A stretch of DNA of 64,000 bases from Mobula hypostoma (lineage: Eukaryota). This document shows, in pieces, positions 25,950 through 38,391 of this stretch; within the stretch, counting starts at the first letter, position 1, and each line of letters opens with the position of its first letter. Location: the NCBI RefSeq assembly GCF_963921235.1, contig NC_086105.1, positions 59,396,001 to 59,460,000 on the forward strand, given 5' to 3'. The position numbers were made by a program, and so were the translations under genes. Under the pieces are notes generated by a model. It saw only the letters and a list, made by a program, of their open reading frames with translations, ran no database searches and was not told where the DNA came from.

Positions 25950-27686
25950 GTTTTTACATAAAGTGAAATCCAATAGTATGAATGGCAGTGATGCTTCACT
26001 ACCAGATGAACTCAATGCCTTCTACGCCCGCTTTGAAAGGGAGAATTCAACTACAGCTGTGAAGATCCCTGCTACACCGAATGACCCTGTGATCTCTGTT
26101 TCAGAGGCCGATGTCAGGCTGTCTTTAAAGAGAGTGAACCCTTGGAAATGGAAGGTCCTGATGGAGTACCCGGTAAGGCTCTGAAAACCTGTGGCAACCA
26201 ACCAGCAGGAGTATTCAAGGACATTTTCAACCTCTTACTGCTACGGGCAGAAGTTCCCACTTGCTTCAAAAAGACAACAATTATACCAGTGCCTAAGAAG
26301 AAAAATGTGATCTGCCTTAATGATTATCGCCCAGTAGCGCTCATATCTACAGTGATGAAATGCTTTGACGGGTTGGTTATGACTAGGCTGAACTCCTGCC
26401 TCAGCAAGGACCTGGACCCATTGCAATTTGCCTATCTCCACAATAGTTGAACGGCAGATGCAATCGCAATGGCTCTCCACACGGCTTTAGACCACCTAGA
26501 CAACACAACGCCTACGTCAGAATGCTGTCATCAACTATAGCTCAGCATTTAAACCATCATTCCCACAATCCTGATTGAGAAGTTGCAGAACCTGGGCCTC
26601 TGTACCTCCCTCTGCAATTGGATCCTCGACTTCCTAACTGGAAGACCACAATCTCTGTGGATTGGTGATAACATATCCTCCTCGCTGATGATCAACACTG
26701 GCGCACCTCGGGTGTGTGTTTAGCCCACTGCTCTACTCTCTGTATACACATGACTGTGTGGCTAGGCATAGCTCAAATACCATCTATAAATTTGCTGATG
26801 ATACAACCACTGTTGGTAGAATCTCAGGTGGTGACGAGAGGGCATACAGGTGTGAGCTATGCCAACTAGTGGAGTGGTGCCACAGCATCAACCTGGCACT
26901 CAATGTCAGTAAGATGAAAGAGCTGATTGTAGACTTCAGGAAGGGTAAGATGAAGGAACACATACCAATCCTCATCGAGATCAGAAGTGGAGAGAGTGAG
27001 CAGTTTCAAGTTCCTGTTTGTCAAGATCTGAGGATCTAACCTGGTCCCAACATATCGATGTAGTTATAAAGAAGGCAAGACAGCGGCTATATTTCATTAG
27101 GAGTTTGAAGAGGTTTGGCATGTCAACAAATACACTCAAAAACTTCTATAGATGTACCGTGGAGAGCATTCTGACTGGCTGCATCACTGACTCGTAAGGG
27201 GGGGGTGGGGGGCGGAGCTACTGCACAGGACCGAAAGAAGGTTGTAAATCTAGTTAGCTCCATCTTGGGTATTAGCTTACAAAGTACCCAGGACATCTTT
27301 AGAGAGCGGTGTCTCAGAAAGGCAGCATCCATTATTAAGGACCTCCAGCACCCAGGTCATGCCCTTTTCTCACTGTTGCCATCAGGTAGGAGGTACAGAA
27401 GCCTGAAGGCACACACTCAGTGATTCAAGAACAGCTTCTTCCCCTCTGCCATCCAATTCCTAAATGGACTTTGAACCCTTGGACACTACCTTACCTTTTT
27501 TAAAAATATACAGTGTTTCTGGGTTTTTTTGCACATTTTTTAAGCTATTCAATATATGTATACTGTAATTGATTTATTATTATTATATTTTTTTTCTCTT
27601 CTATATCATGTATTACATTGAACTGCTGCTGCTAAGTTAACAAATTTCACATCACATGCCGGTGATAATAAACCCGATTCTGATTC
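25950..27686 (+). mobile_element. Rex1/Babar-type non-LTR retrotransposon, 5'-truncated, inserted in a CR1
   Basis: SLPDELNAFYARFE, GPDGVPG, CLNDYRPVAL, SPLLYSLYTHDC..KFADDTT, HALFSLLPSGRRYRS; AATAAA plus (GATTCT)n tail. Confidence 0.85.
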
Positions 27687-28532
27687 AAAGGGTGATATGT
27701 ATGTACAAGTAGTGGCCAGAGGAAGGGTCAAGGCTGGTACAATAACAACTTTTATAAGACTTTTGGACCAGGTACATGGATTCAAAGTTCAAAGTAAATT
27801 TATTATTAAAGTACATATATGCTCCATGAGATTAATTTTCTTGCAGACATTCACAAAGAAATACAATGGAATACGAAACTAAAAAGACTGACAAATCAAC
27901 CAATATGCAAAAGACAAATTGCAAATACAAAAAAAATGAATAAGCAATAAAAAAAAATACTGAAAGCATGAATTGTAGAGACCTTGAAAGTGATTGGAAA
28001 GGTTTAGATGCCTGCAAGCCAAATGGTGGCTAATAGATCCAGTTTGGATGGAGCATCTTGGCTGGAATGGCACCAGTAAGGACCAAGTCCTGTTTCTGTG
28101 CTGCATAACTCTATGATTCCAAAATACAGTGGCTTCCAGTTAATTGGGACAGCTCCTAAAGAACAAAAATTAATCAAGAAAATACCCAGGATTCTCTTTG
28201 TTTATTTGGGATGCTATGCCACTTAATTGGGACTGGAGACTGCTGCCAAACAGTTTTTAACAAGCATCAGTTGTGTGCATGTGCATGGCCATTAGATACT
28301 ACACTGTATTTAGAGCGAAAAGTTTTGAAATAGTGTCGAATGCATGTGTTTAAAATAAAACTGTAGATGCCAATAATCTAAAAAAAAGACAGAAAATGCT
28401 GGATATGCTCTGCTTGGCCAACTGAGTACCAGTTTGAGTACCATAATTTGCTAAACATGGATATGTACCTCTTTGATTTAAATCTATGACATAATACTAA
28501 AATAAATTTGGTAGCAATCGAAAACTATGAAA

Positions 28533-28774
28533 CGCAACCATCTCTCACTGCTCCCCATCTGTAATTTCTTCGGCTCTTCAACTTTTCGACCACATTTTGA
28601 CTCAGACTCGCCTATCATTTTGGATCTCCCCCTCCCCCTCCAACTTTCAAATCTCTTACTCACTCTTCCTTCAGTTAGTCCTGACGAAGGGTCTCGGCCT
28701 GAAACGTCGACTGTAGCTCTTCCTAGAGATGCTGCCTGGCCTGCTGCGTTCACCAGCAACTTTGATGTGTGTTG
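28533..28774 (+). mobile_element. Short young Penelope-like 3' fragment with a 14-bp TSD
   Basis: TSD cgaaaactatgaaa at 28519-28532 and 28775-28788; near-identical to the 3' end of the 1469-2830 element. Confidence 0.88.
28677..28712 (+). ncRNA. Minimal type I hammerhead ribozyme motif (Penelope-associated), intact
   Basis: AGTC-CTGACGA-AGG(GTCTCGG)CCT-GAAA-CG-TC-GACT: stem I AGUC/GACU, core CUGANGA and GAAA, palindromic ACGU stem III, GUC cleavage triplet ending at 28708. Confidence 0.8.
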
Positions 28775-30333
28775 CGAAAACTATGAAATTTCTTTTTAAT
28801 TTTATAAAAGGGCAAACTGATGCATTCTTCCTCATTTGAGAGAATATTTGAAAAAATATTTAAAATGGACCTCAAGTAAAATAACCAAAGCTTCATGGAA
28901 CCCAGTCTCCCCTCCATGGGCTCTGCCTAAACTTCTTACTGCTTCAGTAAAGCAGCCAGCACAATTAAAGAGCCCACTCACTCCAGACGTTCTCTCTTCT
29001 CTGCTCTCCCATCGGCGGAAGATGAAAACTTGAAAAGTACCATGCCCCTAGGCTCAAGGACAGCTTCCACCCTGCTCTTACAAAACTATTGAATGGTTCC
29101 CTAAAGTGATAAGATGGACTCTTTACTTCACAATCTAATTTGTTATGACCTTGCAACTTACTATCTACTTGCATTACACTTCCTCTGTAGCTGTTACACT
29201 TCATTCTGCCTTCTGTAATTGTTTCCCTTGTATATCTCAATGCACTGTGTAAGCAATTTATAGTCCTAGAGCACTATTACACAGAAACACGCGTTCATCC
29301 TAGCTAAGCCCTGCCGAACCGTTATTCTGCCAAGTCTCATCAACCCACACCTGAACCATAGCCTTCCATATCACTCCCACTCATGTGCCTATCCAAACCT
29401 CTTAAATGTTGAGAGAGAGCCTGCATCCAGCACCTCCACTGGCAAATCATTCCACACTTTAACACCCTGAGTGAACTTGTTCCCCCTCATGTCCCCCTTA
29501 AATGTTTTACCTTCCACACTTAACTAGTTCTAGTCTCAGCCAACCTCAGTGGAAAAAGCCTGATTGCATTTACTCTATCGATACTCATCATTTTGCATAC
29601 CTCCATCAGATCTAGAGGCAGTTTCCAACAAGAAGGTTTGGTGTGCAGGAGTCCGTGAGGTCATGAAGAGTTAGACTCGACTTAACGACTGAACAACATC
29701 AAATCTACCCTCATTCTCCTAGGCTCCAGGGGCTAAAATCAAAGGTTCTTTTTATTGGCAAAGTATGTAAATAACAATACAATCCTAACCTCTTTTGTAT
29801 GAACAGTATGCAAGACAAATTGTACCATACCTCGGTAAATAAGACAATAATAAACCAATTCAGATTCCAATTTCAGCAAACAAAAAGGGTGGTTTTGTTT
29901 GAAATTTAATGTATCTTCTTAAATAACATTTCAAATTATCAAAGGCAGAATCGTCATAACTAATTTCAATGCCAGTAACCTTTACTGGAATTTGTGCGAG
30001 GTACAAGATGATCAGAAAACTCCTGTTAGGCTGAGTGACGAGATTCTCTTGGAAAGAAAGGCAGTGAGAGAAAATATAAAATAACGCAAAGTTAGTAAAG
30101 CAACTTTATAATGAACATTAAAGCGGAATACTTACAATTAAGAGTTCTTCTATGGCCTAATGATGATCATGATAAATGGAAAGCATTGGGAAAGGATGAA
30201 TACAAGAGGTTGTGACAACTATTTAGTTATAACAGATGCAAAATGAATCTGGCAAGAAACAAAGCATGACCCAAAAAAAAAATCAAAACTCTAAAACTTC
30301 AAGAGGAAATTCCAATCTGTCCGGCTCTTTTAC

Positions 30334-30456
30334 CTGTTGCAGATTAATGACGCTGTTCTTGTCACTGTCTAACTCAGCAAATATAAGTTTAGATCGGAGA
30401 TCTTGCAGCTTCTCCTGATATTCTCTGATTTCATTATCCTTGGCAAATAACACTTT
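30334..30456 (-). CDS. CEP290: CEP290 exon 12 (123 nt)
   Basis: KVLFAKDNEIREYQEKLQDLRSKLIFAELDSDKNSVINLQQ. Confidence 0.95.
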
Positions 30457-30551
30457 CTGAAAGAGTGTTTAACAACAATCGTAAAAATTATAATTTAAGT
30501 TTTAAACGGTAGTAACAAATAAAACATTCCTGAGTAGAGTATACAATTTAC

Positions 30552-30641
30552 CTTCCACTCCTCAATTTTTGTGTTTACTGCCATCATTACAGGATCCTCC
30601 TCTTCTGTTACTGCTCGGAGCCGGTCAGTAAGATCTTGTAC
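30552..30641 (-). CDS. CEP290: CEP290 exon 11 (90 nt)
   Basis: VQDLTDRLRAVTEEEDPVMMAVNTKIEEWK. Confidence 0.95.
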
Positions 30642-33600
30642 CTGAAATGATAGTATGACATTGCTGGCAGAAACAGTTAAACTTCACAAAGGTGTGCTCA
30701 AGATGAAGATGGCTTTTCTCTTAATTGTAAGTCAGCTGAAAATAAGTATCTCCAAGCACAAGACTCAATGACTGACTCAGTGATTGCCCCTCCCAACAGT
30801 TTTCTTTGGTGGATGGGGTGGTTAAGGAGGTGTATGGTATGTTGGCCTAGTATGGTATGGCATGGCATGCATGTTCATTAGTCAGTGCATTGTGTTAAAG
30901 ACGCACGAGGTTTATAAAACTCTGGCTGACCAGACTTGAAATATTGTGTTCAATTCTGATCGCTTCACTAGAGGAAGTTTTAGAGGGTACAGAGGAGATT
31001 TACCAGGATTAGAGATTATGTTTTATGAGGATAGGTTGAGTCAGGGCTTTTCTCTTTGGGGACAAGGATGAGAGGTGACCTGATAGAGGTGTACAAGATG
31101 ACAAGAAGCATAGATAGAGTGTACAGCCAGAGATTTTTTTCCCTAATATGAAGGGGTATGATTTTAAAGTGATCGGGGAGAAGCATGGGGGGGGGCGGGA
31201 ATGCAGAGGCAGTTTAAAAAATATATATATTAAAGAGAGAGTGGTGGATGCGTGGAACACACTGCTAGAGCTGTAGTAGAGGCAGACATATTAGGGATAT
31301 TTAAAAGATTCTTAGATAGGCATTAGGATGAAAGAAAAAAAAATGGAGGGTTATATGGGAGGGAAGGGTATGAGTGATGTTACAGTAGGTTAAGAGGTCA
31401 GCACAACATTGTTGCCCGAAGGATCTGCATTGTGCTCTACTGTTTTGTTCAATGTTCATTAAAAACAAACACCAACTCTCAAACATATGTAGTGCCTTGC
31501 TCCTTTAGTTGATGACTGTTTATGACACCTGATTCAAATTTATCGTACACATTTCTAAATCTCTCAATCTGAAAACCTTCTAAATATCAAAGTATGAGCT
31601 TTCACTATCTCAAAGTTATTAATTTTTAAAAAATATACAGATTTGGAATTTCTCCGAACATTTGTTTGTGGCCTAAAGAATGACCACAAGCAGACCACAG
31701 GGGAAGAAATTAGCCTCCAGTCACATTAAACTTCCCATATAATGTAGTATGAAGTCATTGGAACCAAATTTTAGAATCATAATTCGATACACTTATCACG
31801 CATTTAGCATATGCAAACCATACAAGCATCTTCCTCAAACGGACTATAAACTAACATTTATTTCTTTCAAATTTGTCATATAGCAACTGGCCTGCTCTAA
31901 CCAATTACGTGGCAAGTCGATCCAAGAAGTGCAAATAATGTTTGACCACTATATTCAGGCCAAGATAGTTACATGATAGATGGAAAGAAGTAATATTAAT
32001 CCTACACATGAAAAAAATTATTTAAGAAAAGAGTCTTTGCAGACTCTAATGGTCTTTCGAGAAACTTCTGTCCAAGTTGCTTCAAATAATTATAAGGGTC
32101 AACTTATTTTGAAGTTGTTTAATTCTTCTGTTCAAGTAACTCAATTTCTGTTATTATTTAGCCTGACTGTATATGTCAGTGGGTCATATAATGGCTCTGG
32201 TAATCATGCAGCCACAAAATTGTTATGTTTAGAAAGTATTATTTTGAGATAATAATTGAACATTACAGACCCAGTCTAACAATTAACAAAAGCTTAAAAA
32301 TCCACATCATTGATATGCTCCATCACTTCTGCATCGGTGATTCCATTTTATTTACAGTAACACACACAAGATACTGGAGGAACTCAGCAATACCTCTTCC
32401 ACCTATTATCTCCTGGCTACTTACTTCATCCCCCACTTCACTCACCCACTCATCTCCCCCCTCACCTGGTCTCAACCATCACCCAACAGCTTGTACTCCA
32501 ACTCCTCCTCCCACCTTCTTATTCTGGTTTAGCCCCCTTCCTTCCCAGTCCTGATAAAGTTCATGGCTTAATTGTGTACTATTTATTCCCCTCCATTAAT
32601 GCTGCCTGAATTGCTGAGTTCCTTCAGCATTTTGTGTGTTGCTCAAGATTTCAAGCATCTGCAGAACCTCTTATGTTTACCATATTTCCATTTCTATGAG
32701 TAAATACCAGTATAAGCTTTAACAAATTATGGACGATGCTCCTCTTCCCTGGTTTAACAGAAGCCAAACGATATTTCTTATCTTGGCACACCAACCTAAC
32801 AGTAATTCTTTAACATTTTAAGCTGGATCCATAAGGAAATAAGGACACTCTCTTTTAAGATCATTAACTGATAAGAACACATTCCTTTAAGACCAGAAGA
32901 GCAAGGCAGTTCAGCCCATTGATTCTACTCCATCATTCTATCATGGCTGATCTTTCTCAACCCTATTCCCACTCTTCCTCTTCCTCCCTGTGACTCTTAA
33001 ACCTCTTACAAATCAAGAACCTGTCAATCTCAGCCTTAACTACAATTAATAAATGGGCCCCACAGCCCTCTATGGCTATAAATTTCACAGATTCATCAGC
33101 CTCTGGAGAAAGAAATTCCTCTTTTTCTCTTGTATTATGCATTTTTGCATTTTTTAACTATAATCCATCAAAACTGTCCTAAACTATTTGAAGCTAAATT
33201 TGCTCTTATCAAATATTAACTTTTGATTTTGGAATGAGAGGTAAAAATAGAAACAAGGCTAAATCAATGCTATTGGGATTTAGTAAAAAGAACATTTTTT
33301 CCTTAATTTACGTCTCAGTCACCAATTCATGCTGTTAGTTTCTCTTTCTCAGATTAACTGCTTTTCCTATCTCTCCAACTAAACTCCCATGTAAAGTAAT
33401 CTTGTGTTGAGAGACCTTTTCTTTCTGGAGATCAGTGGGTCAGGCTCACTCCCTATACAATCTCCTTCCCTACCACACTGGACATGTCTAAAATTCCCCA
33501 CGAAGATGGAAGTTTGCAGAGATCAGTGCATGACATCAGTCACAGATAAGAACTCTAGTGTATTTCCAAATTCAAGTGCCCTGGCATTATAGACTACTGA

Positions 33601-33650
33601 CACATATTATTCAGTTAGATTTGGTTATTGGAATTAACACAGAGCCTTGC

Positions 33651-33833
33651 CTGAAATAACAGCTGATCCTTTTCCCTTTTGAACTGATCCATGGTCTTAT
33701 CAGTTTGCTGGACAATCATCTTCATTCTGTTGTATTCATCAGTCATCTGCTCCATCTCTTGCGCAGACTCCTTCAGATTGCTCTGCATCTCTTTGTTCTG
33801 TGCCTCCAGCTTTTCATTGGCTTCAGACAAATT
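33651..33833 (-). CDS. CEP290: CEP290 exon 10 (183 nt, GC donor)
   Basis: NLSEANEKLEAQNKEMQSNLKESAQEMEQMTDEYNRMKMIVQQTDKTMDQFKREKDQLLFQ; ends CAG|gcaagg. Confidence 0.92.
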
Positions 33834-34127
33834 CTAGAGAGCATTGGAAGGAAAATAATTTAATTAAGATATTAGTTTTATTTGTCACATGTACATTGAA
33901 ACATTCAGTGAAATTTCTTGTTGCATCAAACCAAATCAGCGAGGATTATACTGGGGCAACCCGCAATTGTCATTATGCTTCCAGTGCCAAAAAAAGTAAC
34001 CCCAGAACTCACTAACCCTAACTGTTTATCTTTGGAATATGAGAGGAAACAAAATCCTTACAAGAGCAATAACAATATTTATTCCGATAGGTACTTAGCA
34101 GTAAAATATAAAGAATATTTAAAGTAC

Positions 34128-34280
34128 CTGAATTTCATCTAAATACTGTGCGAGCTCCATGTTCTTCTTGGAAAGTTGAGTTCTGTAGTCCGATTCATCA
34201 CCCCTCCTGTTAAGAAGAGTCTCTCGCTGAGAATCAATTTGCTTCTGATAATCCACAACATCTTGGCGCAGTTGATCATT
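34128..34280 (-). CDS. CEP290: CEP290 exon 9 (153 nt)
   Basis: NDQLRQDVVDYQKQIDSQRETLLNRRGDESDYRTQLSKKNMELAQYLDEIQ. Confidence 0.96.
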
Positions 34281-34425
34281 CTGCAAAAAAAAAGGAATAG
34301 AAAATCAGAATTGATCCAACAATTAAACAATCCAAAAAATCTGAAGACTAAGTAAATGATTCAAGTGCACATGCACTATTGGAGATCACTGATTACTTAG
34401 CTCCAGTTGGGTAAAGCTCTCTTAC

Positions 34426-34446
34426 CTTTCTTTTAAGTCCTTTTTT
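34426..34446 (-). CDS. CEP290: CEP290 exon 8 (21-nt micro-exon)
   Basis: ctttgtcaaag|AAAAAAGGACTTAAAAGAAAG|gtaaga encodes KKGLKRK (human NKRLKKK); same size and phase. Confidence 0.85.
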
Positions 34447-34656
34447 CTTTGACAAAGTAAAGAGAATGATGTGAATGGAAGAAAGAAAAGACTAAGATAC
34501 TGAAGAACAAGAATAAATATTTTAGTGAGAAAATATTTGACAGCAAATAAAATTAACCAAGCAGGGCTGGAGATGAATAGAAACTAAAATAAAGCTTTAA
34601 GTAGTTAAATTTTATTGAACATTTATTCAAATCTGAATGATATCAGATTCACTGAC

Positions 34657-34710
34657 CTCCCTTCTTAGCTTGTTGTTTTCATTTTCTATTTCCTTGATAC
34701 GAATTCCCAC
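34657..34710 (-). CDS. CEP290: CEP290 exon 7 (54 nt)
   Basis: VGIRIKEIENENNKLRRE; donor gtcagt. Confidence 0.93.
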
Positions 34711-35077
34711 CTGAAAGAAAAGCAAAATATATAATGCCACAAACAAGAAATATACAATTTAAAAGCAGTAACAAAACAGATAACATTTAAAAATATAATT
34801 AAAACTAAACTGCATTATGAAACTATACTTTCAGTGCTTTGTGTAATTGTAGAATATAGCACAGGAATAGGCCAGTTGGCCCACAGGAGGATGATATGAA
34901 ACATCATGAAATCTGGCTGACTGGTGTGCTTCCATTCTATATATTCCATACAATTCAATCATTCCTTACAGCCTTTATTGATTAAATAAACCAAAAGGAT
35001 TATTTAACAAAAATTTAATTAAAAAGGAATGCGCAAGTTGTTTACTTCCAGAGTTATTTCTGTTCTAAACTCCTTAC

Positions 35078-35221
35078 TTGCTCAACGAGTTTCTTTTCCT
35101 TGTTCAGCTCCTTTTCCATTTCAGAAACCTCACGGTCCTTAAACTGCAGCTGATTTTCCAGTTGGCGAAGTTCTTCTCGCAGGAATCTGGTATCACGCCC
35201 TCCAGCAGTCACCTGAGCCAT
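35078..35221 (-). CDS. CEP290: CEP290 exon 6 (144 nt)
   Basis: MAQVTAGGRDTRFLREELRQLENQLQFKDREVSEMEKELNKEKKLVEQ; donor gtaagg. Confidence 0.96.
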
Positions 35222-36382
35222 CTAGACCAAAAAAAATGGAACACTACTCACCCTCTGAATTCACCAGTATTTTAAGGAAGGGACAGAGAAAAAAAAATCT
35301 GATTGTAAGTTACTTCACGGTAACTAAAATCAACACACATACACAAGAACCTATACCTGTATATTTCAATTAATTACAAAAACATCAAAATCTTACTCTG
35401 TTGCAAAAGAAATATATCCATTCCCAAACAACATTCTCACTTAGAGAACAAATTGAACATTAAAATTAACTCCCTCTACCTGGTAACATCCTTGTAAATC
35501 TTTTGTTGGTCTCTCTCTTGTCTGTTCTGTTATTTATTTATTATTTACTTAGAGATACAGTATGGTAACATGCCCTTTCTGCCTAGTGAACCCGTGCCAC
35601 TCAATTACACCCATGTGACTAATTGCCCTTTTAACCCACGTCATGGGAATGTGGGAGGAAACTGGAACACCTGGAGGAAACTCACGTGGTCACGGGGGGA
35701 ACATACAAACTCCTTACAGATAGCAGTGGAATCGATCCCAGGTCGTTGGGGTTGCAATACTGTTACTCTAACCACTATGCTACCATAATGTTGATGAACA
35801 GAGGAACCTTAGTGTTCGAGTTTATAGGTCCATGAAAATAAGGCATTGCAGGTGGGTAGAGTAGAGAAAAGGGCAAACAGCAAGATTCCGTCATAGGTTG
35901 GGGTACAGAACTCAAAACTTGGGGTGTTATGTTGCAACTTCAGGAAACACTGTTCAAACTGCACTATACGGAAGTGATTGCACTAAAAAGTGCAGGGGAG
36001 ATTCACCAGAATGTTGTTTGGATTGGAAGACCTTTGTCATGAGGGGTGTTCATTTTTGTGGCGTGAAGGAGGATACAGGTGATGACCTGATACAGGTATA
36101 TAAAGGCATAGATAGGGTAGATAGTTGGAACCGTCTTCATCAGAAAAAAGAAACCATAGGTTTAAGCTAAGAGTAAGCAGAAGGGGTTTTTAATAGGATT
36201 TTTGAGGGAGAGTTCTATTTTACACAGAATGGTTAACATCTGCAAATTGCTGCTAAAAGAGACCTCATGTAGGCAAACAGGGTTAAAGTGGATGGGCAAA
36301 AAGGTTGTCATGGATGTGGTGGGTCAAAGGGACTGTTTCTGCAATGTACAATTCTTAACTGTTTTCGCACCAAAATAGTACA

Positions 36383-37790
36383 AATACAAGAGATGCTGGA
36401 AATCCAGAATAACACGTAGAAAAAGCTGGAGTAGCTCAGCAGATCAGGCAGCATCTATGGAAATGAAAATAGTCAATGTTTTGGGCCAAGGCTCTTCATC
36501 AGGACTGGAAAGGAAGGTGGGAAGAAGACAGAATAAGAAGGTGGGTGAAGAGGAGGAGTACAAGCTAGATGATGATAGGTGAAGCCAGGTAGGTGAGGGA
36601 GGTGGAATGAAGTGAGAAGCTGGGAGGTGATAGGTGGGACAGGTAAAGGGCTGGTGAGGAAGTAATCTGTTCGAAGAGGAGAGTTAACCAAGGGAGAAAA
36701 GAAAGGAGGAGGGGCACCAAGGGTAGGTTTTAGGCACGTGAGGAGAACAGGTAAGAGGGGAACCAGAGCAGGGAATGGAAGAATGGGGGAGGGGAAAAAT
36801 TATCGAAAGTTAGAGATATCAATGTTCATGCCGTCAGGTTGGAGGCTACCCAGATAGAATGAGGAGTTGCCCCTCCAACCTGAGAGTGGCCTCATCTGAC
36901 AACAGATCGACATATCTGAATGAGAATGGAGACTGGAATTAAAATGGTTGGCCACCAGGAATTCTTGCTTTTTGCGAATGGAACAAAGGTGATCAATCAA
37001 GTGGCCCCCCAATCTACATCGGGTCTCACCAATATAAAGGAAGCCAGGAGCACTGGTACGATAGACCACCACAACAGATATACAGATGAAGTGTTGCCTC
37101 ACCTGGAAGGACTGTCTGGGGCCCTGAATGGAGATGAGGGAGTAGGTTAAAAGGGCAGGTGTAGCACTTCTTTCACATACAGGGATAAGTGCCAGGAGGG
37201 TATTGGTGGAGAGGGACAAACGGACAAGGAAATCATGGAGGGACTGATCCCTACGGAAAGTGAAGAGTGGCGGGGAGGGAGAGTAAAGATGTGTTTGGTA
37301 GTAGGATCCCACTGAACAAGGCAGAATGATGTCCTGGATGCAAGGGTTCATGGGGTTCATAACTCTACTCCTGTTAAGGCGGTGAGAAGATGAGGTGAGG
37401 GTGGATGCACAGCAAATGCAGGAGATGCAGGTGAGGGCAGCAAAGTGGTGGAGGAAGGGAAACCCAGTGTCTTTGAAGAAGGATAGCTCTGATGTTCTGG
37501 AAAGGTTCATCCTGGGAATAGATGCAGCAGAGACAAAGGAACTGAGAAAAGGGAATGGCATTTTTACAGGAGACAGGGTGAAACAAGGTATAGGCGAGAT
37601 AACCATGGGAATTGGTAGGTTTATAAAAGATATTAGGAGACAGTTGTCCCCAGAGATGGAGACAGAGAGATTGAGAAAGAGAAGAGAGATGTCAGAAATG
37701 GACCAAGTGTATTTAAGGGTAGGGTGGGAGTTGGAAGCAAAGTTGATGAAATTGACAAACTCAACAGAGATGCTTGAAGCAACACCATTT
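36383..37790 (-). mobile_element. Older Penelope-like element remnant (RT C-terminus, GIY-YIG and 3' end)
   Basis: ORF 36800-37870 contains FINFASNSHPTLKYTWSIS...FLNLSVSI and GFLYIGETRCRLGGHLIDHL...LGSLQPDGMNIDISNFR; frameshifted. Confidence 0.9.
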
Positions 37791-38174
37791 TTCTCCCTAC
37801 ATAATGATTCACTGTGGCATATTATATAGATGAGCAGTATTGGCAAGGAAACTGCTAGACAGAATACCAAAAATATCCTGCTTTTCTTTGAATGAAGTAC
37901 TGGAACTTTTATTAACTTCCTAGATACAGCTTTGGTTTAATATCTCCTTTGATTCACGACACATTGGATAATGGACCACCTCCTCAGTATTGCACTGGAG
38001 TGCCAGCTAGGACTTATGGGTTCTCTATTTAAACCCAGTTAGAAAGTACTAAGTGTAAGATAAAAAGAATTCAGCTTACTTTGGAGGTTCCAGATCAAAC
38101 AAGATGAAGAGAAGTAAACAGAAGTTTGAGCAGAACATAAAAATTATATGGACCTCTCAGACTTGTGCACTCAC

Positions 38175-38221
38175 CTCCAGTTCATTTTCAAGCTTAAGAA
38201 CTTTTGCTTTCAGCTGACTTT
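38175..38221 (-). CDS. CEP290: CEP290 exon 5 (47 nt)
   Basis: (E)SQLKAKVLKLENELE; donor gtgagt. Confidence 0.95.
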
Positions 38222-38321
38222 CTGCGGGAAAAGAAATAAACCAAATATACAGTAAGTACAACATATAAAACATTATGATCTGTATATTTGGTACCAACCA
38301 AATTGCCAAACAACTACTGAC

Positions 38322-38391
38322 CTGTTTTAGCTTGCTCTTCTCCAGCCTTTTCAACTTCCTCTAGAGCCAACTCAATCTCTTGAGCTTTCAT
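38322..38391 (-). CDS. CEP290: CEP290 exon 4 (70 nt)
   Basis: MKAQEIELALEEVEKAGEEQAKT; ag/gt flanks. Confidence 0.95.

Noticed and set aside
36800-37870. 356-aa ORF, the longest in the track, as a host gene
   Set aside because: It is a frameshift-scrambled Penelope RT/GIY-YIG remnant, and no intact RT catalytic core is present.
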